Shown: positions 39,001-48,213, counted from the first letter of the stretch. The stretch: 64,000 nt of DNA from Candidatus Multivoradales bacterium (GCA_965248925.1 CBDFLE010000006.1:576001-640000); one strand, 5' to 3'. A program made the numbers and translations. The notes: a model not told the origin generated them from the sequence alone.

Positions 39001-40226
39001 TGCCCCAGGTCGAGTAGGTGGAAGCGGTCGGCCAAGGCCTCGGCGATACGGCCACTGATCAAGATCTGCCCCGGCTCGGCCCGGCTCATCAAGCGGGCGG
39101 CCACATTGGTCTCATCACCCAGCACGGAGTAGGTACGGCGGGTGACGCTACCCGTCTCGCCGGCGCGCAAACGGCCGCGACTTATCCCGATCCGCAAGTC
39201 GCGCACGAAGCTCAGATCGGCCGGTGGGCGCATGAGCTGCAACGCCGCCGCCGCCGCCCGCTCGGCGTCGTCCTCATGCGCCACCGGAGCACCGAACACG
39301 GCATAAAAATAACTCCCCTTGTCGCCGCTAGTGAGGTCGATCAGCGAGCCACCGTAGCGCCGCAATAGTTGGTCGACCCAGCGGATCCACCGGTCGAGCT
39401 TGCCCCCGACCTGATCGTCGCGATCATAGTCAAGCCCAGCAAAACTGACGAAGAGAGCGATCGCGAAGCGCAACTCGGCCAGGAAGTGCCCCTGGCCAGA
39501 GAGCAGTCGTTCATAGACTTCCGGCAGCAGAAAGGGACGCACCCTGGCGGCATCTAGCGGCTCAGCCTCAATCTCAGGCCAGGGATCGGCTGCCACCGAG
39601 GCGAAGACAGCGACAACGCCATACGAGCGTCCCTCACCATCGCGACGCAACTCAGCGAGCGACAGATCCCGACCCAGCCGCTCCATCACCGCCGGTCCGG
39701 CAATCACTTCACCCTCGCTGGCCAGTCCCTCTCCAGCCGCCATCCGGTCGAGGGGGGCGCCGGCCAAGACGTCGAGCAAGCGGACCTCCGGGTCGCCGAC
39801 CAGCAGCCGCCGAACCGGCCCCGCCGCCACCGCCGCCTTGACTCCCAGAGCCACGGTATAGCCGCTGGGAGTCTCGATCGCCGCTTGGCGGCCCACCACT
39901 TGCTGCATGGCGATCGCCGCCGACAATGCCCGCCGACCTTGATCGCCCTCGAAAAAGCAGGTGATCGCATCGCCGCTGAAACCGATGACACAGCCCCGTT
40001 GTGCATGCACCTCGTGGATCAGCGCGCCATACACCCGGTTGAGATGCTGAGTGAGTTCCTCGGCACCGCGGCGGCGGCCAAGCTCCCGCACCAGGGTCTC
40101 GGTCAGCGGGGTGAAGCCGGAAACATCGGCGAACAGCACCGCGCCCTCGGCCCTCTCGGGCAGAGCGTGACCCGCGGCCATCGACCGGCGACGGTCGATC
40201 GGCAGATAAGCGTCGAAGCGCTTCAT
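36096..40226 (-). CDS. Class III adenylate/guanylate cyclase with two cyclase domains, a STAND NTPase and TPRs
   Basis: FADVSGFT and GDA; second domain with GDKG, N.AARLM and KGK; GEAGIGKS; LDDLHWAD; GNPFF; helical repeats. Confidence 0.9.
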   Translation of the reverse strand: MKRFDAYLPIDRRRSMAAGHALPERAEGAVLFADVSGFTPLTETLVRELGRRRGAEELTQHLNRVYGALIHEVHAQRGCVIGFSGDAITCFFEGDQGRRALSAAIAMQQVVGRQAAIETPSGYTVALGVKAAVAAGPVRRLLVGDPEVRLLDVLAGAPLDRMAAGEGLASEGEVIAGPAVMERLGRDLSLAELRRDGEGRSYGVVAVFASVAADPWPEIEAEPLDAARVRPFLLPEVYERLLSGQGHFLAELRFAIALFVSFAGLDYDRDDQVGGKLDRWIRWVDQLLRRYGGSLIDLTSGDKGSYFYAVFGAPVAHEDDAERAAAAALQLMRPPADLSFVRDLRIGISRGRLRAGETGSVTRRTYSVLGDETNVAARLMSRAEPGQILISGRIAEALADRFHLLDLGHFKAKGKREPMPIFELRPDRRSASRAIEAAADGAIVGRQKERGVLREALARLLRGQAGVVVVEGEAGIGKSRLLQELLRGCRTAEEPLEVHVGIADAVESATAYFVWRSIFTTLLGAEHSGDLSPAAIDSWLSARLDDRQAQLGPLLGPLLALDLPDNEFTSQLSGQVRADNTHRLLRAIVEQAAALRPRLLVLDDLHWADSASWALIAQLARSPGRWLLVLATRPMGDAAPSELRQQIESGEHLLLGSMSRQESLLLVCRRLGVSGLPEPVARLISDKAEGNPFFSEELANALRDADLIRIDDGHCKLAPGVTDLAQTQFPDTIEGVVTGRIDRLRPEQQLTVKVASVLGRVFFHQPLYEVYPSVETRHLLRASLDCLQRLDLTHLETPEPDLSYIFKHAITQEVAYNMMLFAQRRELHQRVAEWYEAHHEAGAAGIYPLLAHHWTKTLEEVRQPPQELVAKAVACLEQAAAEALRNFANPEAAGFFEQILEFEERLSLGASTTSPSKKSEWHGGAGQAFFGLGRLAKAKEHYHAAIELLGERVAEGKGSRVLALFGQLGRQLVHRLRPGGAVVPRSQARREDLLQLAGHYHDLAEVAYLNTESLAAFHCGFSCLNAAERAANSAERLAVGYSTICTLVGMLSLHRLAELYRRLADRMASKVDHQTTQAQVQLMIGLYKVGVGQWQEVRLRLDKGQRIFQRLGAHRLWGDTASVLAASLILEGSQRRAVELCESLYETFQRLDNRLRRAWSRNYLAVATLRSGDAQAAAEFCEEVISLAADSPDGWTQVIAHGQLALARWQLGQLDAARAAAEVAREHIARTSPPTVFSTLWGYQGCAEVYLELWAEAVANAAPERAELGQRVREMAGRLRTFSWVFPIGRPAARLFAGRVAWLGGRQRRALRLLRRSLVEAEELKMPFEQARAHAELGRRLSADGSRRAYHLDAARRIFAELGAAGELSALDALAG

Positions 40227-40336
40227 AGATTCCTCAACCCACAGTCTATAGAGAAGAAATGCCAGCTTAGACCTCCCTAGACTAGAGTCGACCCGGCCGC
40301 AGCACAAGCAGCCACTTGGGCCGAGAATGGCTCAAT

Positions 40337-40442
40337 CCTCTGCCGACGTCCCGCAACTTTGGCTTAGGAAGGCTTCGGCGCCACCGACTCACCGGCTTGC
40401 AACTCCCGGCCATGGATCCTCCAGAAACTGGCTCGCTCGGCC
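40337..40442. repeat. Left copy of the 106-bp direct repeat (3' end of the GMC oxidase gene)
   Basis: Aligns without gaps to 48214-48319 with 7 mismatches. Confidence 0.92.
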
Positions 40443-40574
40443 GAATCGCCAGGGAGGGCATGTATAGATGCCCGCTTGCAGACCCGAGCGACTTTGTTAG
40501 TCGGGTGGTGCTTGAATGCTCTGCTGCTGTTTTCATGGCTACGATCTACAGCGTTGTTACTACAGTTGCGGCCG

Positions 40575-40814
40575 ATGAGCGACCCACGACCGATTCAGGA
40601 AACCGCCTCGGCCGAGCTGACCGAGAGCTACATGCGGGCGGTGGTGCTAGAAGCGTTTGTCGAGTCCGAGCTGCGGCGCCTGGAGTACCGGCTAGTCCGT
40701 TGGGTGGCAATGCTCCCAGATCAGCTCCCTGAGCCGGCCCATCGCGGCGATCTAGCCAAACGGGAGCTAGCGAGCGTCGAGCTTCGCTCGCCAACCCTTC
40801 CCCTGGGTTCCTAG
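40575..40814 (+). CDS. Small hypothetical protein with an N-terminus paralogous to 46471
   Basis: MSDPRPIQETA versus MNDPQPILEVA; shared upstream DNA. Confidence 0.55.
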   Translation: MSDPRPIQETASAELTESYMRAVVLEAFVESELRRLEYRLVRWVAMLPDQLPEPAHRGDLAKRELASVELRSPTLPLGS

Positions 40815-40837
40815 CTTCCAGTCGCGAGCCTCACCCC

Positions 40838-41260
40838 GTGCGAACGGTGTTCACTCCCAGCCTCGACGATGTGGCGAACCTGTTGCTGCTGGCGGAAGAT
40901 ACGAGCCCTGAGATCGGCAGGATGGCGTGGCATCTTCTCAGAAGAGATGCGCTGACCGGACTGAAACTCAAAGAGCTGCTGGAGCTGGCTCGGGACGCAG
41001 GGATCAGGGTTGGCAGTCAGCATTGGAGCCTCTCAGCGCTGGTGATCAATCAGCAAGTAGACAGGCTGGTCACTTCCGATGGCCGCACTTGGAAGGATGC
41101 ACACGACCTACTCGACCCCGGTCGCGTAGAGGGAGTGGACTACCGAGGGCTGCTTCGCGTGCTTGACGCGCGCCTTGCGCGCTACAGTGCCAACAAGGTG
41201 CGTATGCAGCGACTTCGAGAGCGATTGATTCGGGAGTCAGGGATGACGCGGGCAACCTAG
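40838..41260 (+). CDS. Hypothetical protein
   Basis: 140-aa ORF with helical composition and no recognised motif. Confidence 0.5.
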   Translation: MRTVFTPSLDDVANLLLLAEDTSPEIGRMAWHLLRRDALTGLKLKELLELARDAGIRVGSQHWSLSALVINQQVDRLVTSDGRTWKDAHDLLDPGRVEGVDYRGLLRVLDARLARYSANKVRMQRLRERLIRESGMTRAT

Positions 41261-41440
41261 CGAGCCGTTGCTGGGGGATTGGCCTTCGACAGTCACTGGG
41301 TCGAAAAACTACGCTAAGGGTTATCCTGGCCGCCGGCCGGCCGCGAGCGGAGCTGGTGCTGGCCGAGTCGGTCGAGCGGGCCGCAGCAAACACCCCGCCA
41401 GGCCCGCGCCGGCGAGGTGCTGCGGTCTAAGGCGGTGCGG

Positions 41441-41923
41441 CTAGCCGGTTGATCGAGGCTCGGGCAAGGGCCTTGCCGCTGCTAACCCACACAAGAAACC
41501 GCCGCACGGTTGAACGCAGATTGAGGAAGAGTCGCTGTTGACCTGTGAGAACCCACCATGCGCGAAGATCGTCGAGTTGGTGTGGCCCCGGATCTGAAAT
41601 GGGCAGATGCCCGTCCCCGAGTAATGAGTGGTAGTTCTATTGCCATCCATATAGAGCCCTCCCGTATCTGAGAAAAACCCGACTCTCGGGAACTGGCCGT
41701 TACAACTCATAGATGTGAACATCTCGTAGATGTAGAAGTTACCGACCCGTCCTGGCTCGACTTCGGCATAGCTGAACACATGGAACGTCATGAACTGCGT
41801 CGGAGTTCCGAAGCCGCAGCAGCTGACCGCATCCGTGGTAGCGTTGGTCCTCACGAGAAGGCCGTGGCTGGCAGAGGCAGAAAAAAGCGCAATCGCCGCG
41901 ATCAGAGGGAGGATGGTTCTCAT
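41441..41923 (-). CDS. Secreted Cys-containing hypothetical protein
   Basis: AGGAG RBS, signal peptide, ATGA overlap with the upstream gene. Confidence 0.7.
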   Translation of the reverse strand: MRTILPLIAAIALFSASASHGLLVRTNATTDAVSCCGFGTPTQFMTFHVFSYAEVEPGRVGNFYIYEMFTSMSCNGQFPRVGFFSDTGGLYMDGNRTTTHYSGTGICPFQIRGHTNSTIFAHGGFSQVNSDSSSICVQPCGGFLCGLAAARPLPEPRSTG

Positions 41924-42522
41924 GGTTGCTCTCCTAGAGTTGTACTCGTCTCTTTCGTAGCACGGCGTTCGAACTCGCCGACGATGGCGAAGAAATCGGC
42001 ATCGAGCGGCTTGTCCGATGTCATATTGGTTTGCTGCGCGATCTCTCCTTCGATCATGTTGTCGATCCCGTCTGTCGTGCTGCCGAACTCTGCGAGGTCG
42101 GATTTCAGGCGGTGGTAGATGTCACCGAGGGCACCCGCCTCCCCTTTCCTAAACTGAGTCCGCCGAGCCTTGAGCGCCACCGGGTCTTCCCGGAGCAGCG
42201 TCAGCTCCCGTTCGCGGACTGCTTTCTCGGCCTCGCTGGGGAGCAGGGCTGCAAACGCTTCGATGGAGCGAGCAAAGGCATCTTCTTCCTCGGAGCCGAC
42301 CTTGAGCCCCATGCGTTCGACAAACTGATGGTAGAAGACCCTTTCATCCAGCTGATAGCGCATGAGGGCGTTTTCGTAAAACGTTAGTACCAGGTAGTAG
42401 CGAGGGATCTGCCGCCCGGTGAGTTGGATGAGCTGACCCTCGGTCGCGGGCGAGGCAGCCAGGGGAGCGGTAGTCACCAGACCGAGGGTCAGGATCAAGA
42501 GCAGAGACAAGCCAATTCGCAT
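41920..42522 (-). CDS. Secreted hypothetical helical protein
   Basis: GGAGG RBS; MRIGLSLLLILTLGL...LAA signal peptide. Confidence 0.7.
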   Translation of the reverse strand: MRIGLSLLLILTLGLVTTAPLAASPATEGQLIQLTGRQIPRYYLVLTFYENALMRYQLDERVFYHQFVERMGLKVGSEEEDAFARSIEAFAALLPSEAEKAVRERELTLLREDPVALKARRTQFRKGEAGALGDIYHRLKSDLAEFGSTTDGIDNMIEGEIAQQTNMTSDKPLDADFFAIVGEFERRATKETSTTLGEQP

Positions 42523-44436
42523 TTCGAACCTCCAAGCAGAAAAAATGGATGCGAAGCGGAAGGCTTCGCGCCAAGTACTCTTCTTGCTAACACATAGGAA
42601 GCTAGCACGGAAGTGCAAATAGTACTTGATAAGGGAGATTTCTACAGGACGAGGCTACGCTCTCTCGGTAGTGGAGAAAGTAAAAGTGACCAAAAAGGCG
42701 TACAGAAAATGCGAGAAATTCTATTCTGAAGCTGTTTTGTTGGTACTGCTGTGGGATGCGCAGATCCCAAATCGCTAACTCGGCTCGTCAGCTGAACCGA
42801 CGATCGCCAGCTCGGCCCGTAACGGCCACTGGCTAGACTCCCACCGGACACACTGCCCCGTGCCCGAACAATTCAGCTCGGCCAGGGTGGCGGCGTGTCG
42901 GGGAGTTTTCATGAGCGACCAGAGAAAAAGGCATTGGCGAGTTGACCCATTGATCGAGTCACACCACTTTGCCCCAGTCATCATGCCGGGCGGCATGCAT
43001 ACTGTGATCATTCCGGGCGGCTAGCGCCAGGTGGGCGGGCGGATGCCCTTGCACCGCTCGCCCTCCACAACCTCTCTCAGCACGATGACCGTTGCGGCAG
43101 TCACTTCGCCTCTTCGTGCGACGTAGGTGAAGCGCCTGATCGCTGCAATCGCTGTCTGGTTGTGGCGTAGTGGCTTCAGCAGGGCTGCCATTGTCTTGGC
43201 ACGCTCGGTAGCCTCGCTGGCTTGACCGGTACTGAGGAGTAGTTCGACGAGGTCGAGCGAGGCCAGAGCAAGGCTGAATGGGTCGGTGGCAACGAGCCCC
43301 TCGACTGCCAGCCGTAGGTAGGCTTCGGCGCGGTCGAGCTGGCCACGCCCCTTGGCCACCATGCCCACTGACCACTGAGCCATGGCCCGTGGGTAGAGCG
43401 TAGCCGGTGGAATCAGCGCCAGTGCTACCAGAAGGTGCTCTTCGGCTTCATCGAACTTCTTGTCCAACTCCCGAAGGTGGGCGAGCCCCTGATAAGCGGC
43501 AGCTCGGTGGCTCTTCTCGCTATCCGGTAGCAGAGCTAAAGCAACTTCATAGGAATCTCTTGCCGCTTCCCGATCTAACGCCACCGAAAAGACGCCCTGA
43601 TCTACAAAGACCTTACCCATGCCGGCTCTATCGCGTTGAGCGACGAAGATGGCCATGGCTTCGCCGGAAACTGTCAAGGCATCTTCGAACTCACCGTGAC
43701 CCCCGAGGACAATGCTGGTTCTTCGCAACAGATCAGCTCTTACTCGCGGCGGCGCCCAGTGGCCGATTTCGAGAGCCGTTTCCAGGCAGAAAGCGGCAGC
43801 CTCCATCGAAGCCGCCAGTCTGTGGCTTGAGCCCAGCGCACCGGCAGCGCGGCAGAATGCCTCCACACCCTCCGACCCTTTGATCCTCGGAGCGACCTCG
43901 GCCGCCAGGATCTGGGCCAGCTGCGCGGCTTCCAAGGGTGCGCGCAGTCGAAGCTCATCGAGGACTCTGGCGGCGCGCCTGATGGCGGTCAACGATCGCC
44001 ATTGCGGCATCTCTTGGAGCAGTTGCCGACGAAGGGTGAGCGGCCCGTGAAAGAGGAATGAGCGGGTATCTTGGGTGCTGAGTGCAGCTTGCCGTGGTTT
44101 CTCGGCCTGGTCGAAACGCTGGCCGGCGACCTTCCGCACTGCGGTCTGGAGGGCCAGTATTGGTGTGGGTGGACTCGGCAAAACGATCTTCCGATCTTCG
44201 TCCGCCTCTTCCTTCTTGGCAGCCCCGGTCTTTGCTTCGGGGGTCGCAGGTTGGGCTTCATCCTTCACTTCTGGAGTCTCGGCCTTCAGACGTTTTGCCA
44301 GTGTTTCCCACACTGGCGGTGTTCGTCGGCCATGGACAGCCTCGCGCGCTGTTCTGAGCAGCTCGGCCCCTCTGTGCCAATGTAAGTGAGACACTCAAGT
44401 ACCGAGAAATTAGTGAGGGTGTGGAGAGCAATCACC

Positions 44437-44850
44437 ATGGCGAGTCCAAGCCACGAGCTGCGAGATATGGGTGCTGACCGACCAGATCCCGAGGTAGCTG
44501 AGAAGGCGAAGCGGCGGCGGTACAGCGCGTCGTACAAGCTGCGCATCGTCCAGGCCGCCGACGCCTGTAGCAAGCCCGGCGAGATTGGCGCCCTGCTTCG
44601 CCAGGAGGGTCTGTATTCCTCGCTACTGTCGACGTGGCGCCGTCAGCGCGACACGGGAGCTCTGGCCGGTCTGTCGAAGAAGCGCGGTCGCAAGCGTCGA
44701 CCGGTCTCTGCCGAGGCCCGCCGCGTCGCGGAGCTTGAGCGTGAGAATGCCCGGCTCAAGCATCAGCTGTACAAAGCCGAGACGATCATCGATGTCCAAA
44801 AAAAACTTTCCCGGCTGCTAGGGATCGAGCCGAGCGAGAGCCAGCCATGA
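44437..44850 (+). CDS. IS3 transposase OrfA
   Basis: RRRYSASYKLRIV HTH, coiled coil LERENARLK, A8 run at 44798-44805. Confidence 0.9.
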   Translation: MASPSHELRDMGADRPDPEVAEKAKRRRYSASYKLRIVQAADACSKPGEIGALLRQEGLYSSLLSTWRRQRDTGALAGLSKKRGRKRRPVSAEARRVAELERENARLKHQLYKAETIIDVQKKLSRLLGIEPSESQP

Positions 44851-45968
44851 GCGCTGTGGCGCCGCTGGCCGAGACGGTGGGGGTGCAAGCAGCCTGCGTC
44901 GCCTTGGCGGTCCCCAGAGCCACTTTCTATCGCCGCCGTCGGCAGCAGAGCGCAGGGCCGCAGCTATCAACGCGGCCTCGACCGCCGCTGGCATTGACGC
45001 CCGCTGAACGCCAGGAGGTCCTCGATGTGTTGCACTCGGAGCGCTTCGTCGACCGCTCGCCGCGTCAAGTCTGGGCGGCGCTGCTGGACGAGGATCAGCG
45101 CCATATCTGCTCGGTGCGCACCATGTACCGGGTCCTGGAGTCTGAGGGCGAGCTGCGCGAGCGACGCCGTCAGCGGCGTCATCCCAACTACACCAAGCCC
45201 GAACTGCTGGCCACAGGGCCGAACGAGGTGTGGTCGTGGGACATCACCAAGCTCAAGGGCCCGGTGAAGTGGACCCACTACTACCTTTACGTAATTCTGG
45301 ACGTCTTCAGCCGCTACATCGTCGGCTGGATGCTCGCCTGCCGCGAGTCCGGAGGGCTCGCGAAGCGGTTGATCGCCGACAGTGTTGAGAAGCAAGGTGT
45401 TGAGCGAGATCGACTTACCTTGCACTCGGACCGCGGTTCGAGCATGACATCCAAGCCAGTGGCTCTACTGCTGGCCGATCTCGGGATGACACGGTCGCTG
45501 AACCGGCCCTACACGAGCAACGACAATCCGTTCTCTGAGGCCCAGTTCAAGACGCTCAAGTACCATCCGAGCTTTCCCGACCGCTTCGGATCACTGGAAG
45601 ATGCACGAGCATTCTGCCGCTCGTTCATCGGCTGGTACAACACGCAGCACTACCACACAGGACTCGGCTTGTTGACGCCAGAGACCGTCCACTACGGCCT
45701 CACGGCCTCAGTACTGGAGCAACGTCGAGAAGTCCTCGCCGCCGCCTCAGCCGCTCATCCAAGCCGCTTCAAGCGGCGAGCGCCGGCTTTGCCGGAGCCC
45801 AGTGACAAGGTCTGGATCAACCCGCCGACCACCGCCGCCAGCACTGACCCAGTCGATACCGAGAACGTAGTGACACACCGCGTACACAACGACGCACCAG
45901 GCGAGACCCCTGGCTGCGCGCCCTCGCTGAAAGCGATGGTGCCGGAGCCACTACCGATTCCGTACTAA
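44847..45968 (+). CDS. IS3 transposase OrfB (DDE)
   Basis: WSWDIT, HSDRG and DN..SE..FKTLK motifs; ATGA overlap with orfA. Confidence 0.93.
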   Translation: MSAVAPLAETVGVQAACVALAVPRATFYRRRRQQSAGPQLSTRPRPPLALTPAERQEVLDVLHSERFVDRSPRQVWAALLDEDQRHICSVRTMYRVLESEGELRERRRQRRHPNYTKPELLATGPNEVWSWDITKLKGPVKWTHYYLYVILDVFSRYIVGWMLACRESGGLAKRLIADSVEKQGVERDRLTLHSDRGSSMTSKPVALLLADLGMTRSLNRPYTSNDNPFSEAQFKTLKYHPSFPDRFGSLEDARAFCRSFIGWYNTQHYHTGLGLLTPETVHYGLTASVLEQRREVLAAASAAHPSRFKRRAPALPEPSDKVWINPPTTAASTDPVDTENVVTHRVHNDAPGETPGCAPSLKAMVPEPLPIPY

Positions 45969-46470
45969 TTCCCAGAAGAAAGTGTCTCACTTTCATTGAC
46001 ACATTCCGGGCCGGGCTGGTCGCGGTGAACTCGGCCAGCAGCTCGCCAGGGTCGAGTTCAAGCCCGCCCGCTGCGGTCAAGAACTGAATAAGGGTAAATC
46101 GGTGTGGTGACCGCAGGAACACTCGGCGACTCCATTGGGGGCTATGCCCACTGGCCCGGTCTATCTCGTGCTGGCGCCCACGGTGGAGTTTGAATAGGTG
46201 GCGCAGTCGGTCGCGGCTCTTGGCAGCGTCGAGGCGTGCAATCTCGCTTGGTTTCATCCCTGAACAACCCCCCTGGCGAATACTGGCTAGCGGTAAGAAC
46301 CTGCGAATAGTCGGACCATCGTAACCTATTCTCCTCGGCAAATCTTCTGGGAGGACATGTATAGCGGTCGCTCCTCCCATCTGAGCGACTGCTCTGGCTG
46401 AGCGATCCTTGAATGCGCGCCAGCTATTTCCATGGCCACGATTCGCCGCTCCATAGATACGGTGCGGCCC

Positions 46471-46845
46471 ATGAACGACCCACAACCGATTTTGGAAGTC
46501 GCTCCGCTCGAACAGGTGGAGATGGACACACGAACGAAAATTCTGCTGGTGGCCGCTGAGTTTCGGCGGCTAGAAGACAAGCTGACCGACCTGCTGGCGG
46601 AGCACCCAGGAGGCGAGGTAACGAGCGCCGAACTGCGACCACCCACACTCTTGGGAGTGATGGTCAGCGCGGTGGAGCTGGCAACTGAGCAGGTCGGTAC
46701 CACGATCGGTCTATTGAGAGACGCGGCCGCGATTACGCAGAACGAACTCTTCGAGCGCTGGCTAGAGCGCCGTGGTGCGGAGTATCGCGCCCGATTGACC
46801 GCGCTGGTGAGTTCCAGAGTCCGGCCATTGAGACTGGTGCAGTGA
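46471..46845 (+). CDS. Hypothetical helical protein divergent from the HTH-TPR gene
   Basis: First ORF of the coupled chain; start supported by the paralog at 40575. Confidence 0.65.
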   Translation: MNDPQPILEVAPLEQVEMDTRTKILLVAAEFRRLEDKLTDLLAEHPGGEVTSAELRPPTLLGVMVSAVELATEQVGTTIGLLRDAAAITQNELFERWLERRGAEYRARLTALVSSRVRPLRLVQ

Positions 46846-46919
46846 TCCCGCCCGAGGCTCATGCCGAGGTGGTGTGGTGGGTCGATCGGGTGACCTGTGC
46901 GGCCGTGAAGGCTGAGTGA
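46842..46919 (+). CDS. Putative 25-aa micro-ORF
   Basis: GTGA overlaps at both ends; MIPPEAHAEVVWWVDRVTCAAVKAE. Confidence 0.4.
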   Translation: MIPPEAHAEVVWWVDRVTCAAVKAE

Positions 46920-47434
46920 TGGCGATGTCGCCAGAGAGGCGAGCCGATTTGGTGACGTTGATTGATCTTGGGTCGGTGGTGAGTGTTGGCATCACCGACC
47001 ATTGCTACCGGCTAGCCGTTCATCTGTACGAGCCACCCGATCTCACCGACCTGGCCGAGGTGGCGACCCCCGGACCGAAGACCGAAGCGGCGATCGAGGA
47101 CGTGCGCGAGGCGCAGCGTTCGGCCGCTGCCGGCGTGCAAATCCTGGAGCAATTGCGGACCACGCTACAGCGCCACGCGCTTCGATTTGTAGGCCAACCA
47201 GACGACGACGCGGGCGCCGCACCGCGTGCTGTGCTCTGGAGCCAGCTCCGGCAATCGATCGATCAGCTCGATGGGCTCATAGACCAGCTGACCGCTGTCA
47301 CGTTGACCGCTGCCGGCGCGGGGCCGATCCGTCCAGAGGGGAAGGAAGCGCGCCGCTTGTTTCCCGACCTTGGCGAGCTGGTCGCCCAGCTGCTCGTCGG
47401 TGGTGCGGGCGACGACAGCGAGTCGGACGCATGA
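46916..47434 (+). CDS. Hypothetical helical protein
   Basis: 172-aa ORF with 4-nt overlaps on both sides. Confidence 0.6.
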   Translation: MMAMSPERRADLVTLIDLGSVVSVGITDHCYRLAVHLYEPPDLTDLAEVATPGPKTEAAIEDVREAQRSAAAGVQILEQLRTTLQRHALRFVGQPDDDAGAAPRAVLWSQLRQSIDQLDGLIDQLTAVTLTAAGAGPIRPEGKEARRLFPDLGELVAQLLVGGAGDDSESDA

Positions 47435-47886
47435 GCGTCAAGACACTGGTCTGGGATTGCGGCCGAATGCTGATTCCGGCGCCCCTCCTGCTCGGCGAAA
47501 TGTGGACCGAGGGGCCACTGATATCTGCGGCCGAGGGTGCCTTGCTGGTGAGTCCGCTACGGGGTCCCGCCGGCATTGTATTCCTCGGTTGCGACCGCGT
47601 GCCATTCGCCCATGCTCGCGTGCTGAGCCTGCGGATGTTGGATGGTCCCGCCGTCGTCAATGCCGGTCGCCAGGTCAATGCCGGCGCGCTGCTCTTGTGG
47701 TCGAGCTGCCGGCTGTCGAATGACGACTTGGCCACCGTGCGACCGGTGGCGCTGGCGGCACGGCGAGAATCATTCCCGGTGCTCGATGTTGTGGAAGTAG
47801 TACCCGGCGAGCCGTCTCGCTCACACGCCCCGTGGCGCTTTAACCAGAACCCGGCCTGGCTGGAGGGTTGGAAGTTCCCCCGATGA
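47431..47886 (+). CDS. Hypothetical protein
   Basis: ATGA-coupled start MSVKTLVW. Confidence 0.55.
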   Translation: MSVKTLVWDCGRMLIPAPLLLGEMWTEGPLISAAEGALLVSPLRGPAGIVFLGCDRVPFAHARVLSLRMLDGPAVVNAGRQVNAGALLLWSSCRLSNDDLATVRPVALAARRESFPVLDVVEVVPGEPSRSHAPWRFNQNPAWLEGWKFPR

Positions 47887-48213
47887 AATCTCTCCGCCTG
47901 GCCGAGCTCGCATCTGCCAACTGCTCACGGGGCCATCCGATCTGAGCCTCTAACTTCTAGGCGGCCTGGTCGGTGGTCGAGAGCGCGTCCCCTCGCAACC
48001 CTCTCACGGCCACCGGCCAGACTCTTTTGTGACAGCACTTCGCTAGGACGCGGTGAGGGCTTCCCGCCTCACTTCTTCGTCCGCCGGCCGCGGCCGTCGA
48101 TATGCGGCGCAATTCCCCGCCGTGGTCGCGCGCCGGTTGTTCTTACCCCCCCTCAGTATCGAGATCTCCCGAGCTAGCCACGGGAAACCGCGTCTTCATG
48201 CCCTGTGGATACC

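Larger units (their letters stand above)
44373..46003 (+). mobile_element. IS3-family insertion sequence, 1631 bp
   Basis: TG...CA ends; IRL TGTGCCAATGTAAGTGAGACACT, IRR reverse complement TGTGTCAATGAAAGTGAGACACT; orfA and orfB inside. Confidence 0.93.
43021..46257 (-). pseudogene. HTH-TPR putative regulator split by an IS3 element
   Basis: N-terminal part 46257-46004 looks XRE-HTH-like; C-terminal part 44372-43021 has TPR-like helices; both abut the IS ends. That they were one gene is inferred. Confidence 0.6.

Noticed and set aside
46357-46401. 14-aa peptide MYSGRSSHLSDCSG after GGAGG
   Set aside because: RBS spacing is too short and the peptide is not preserved in the paralogous copy near 40460
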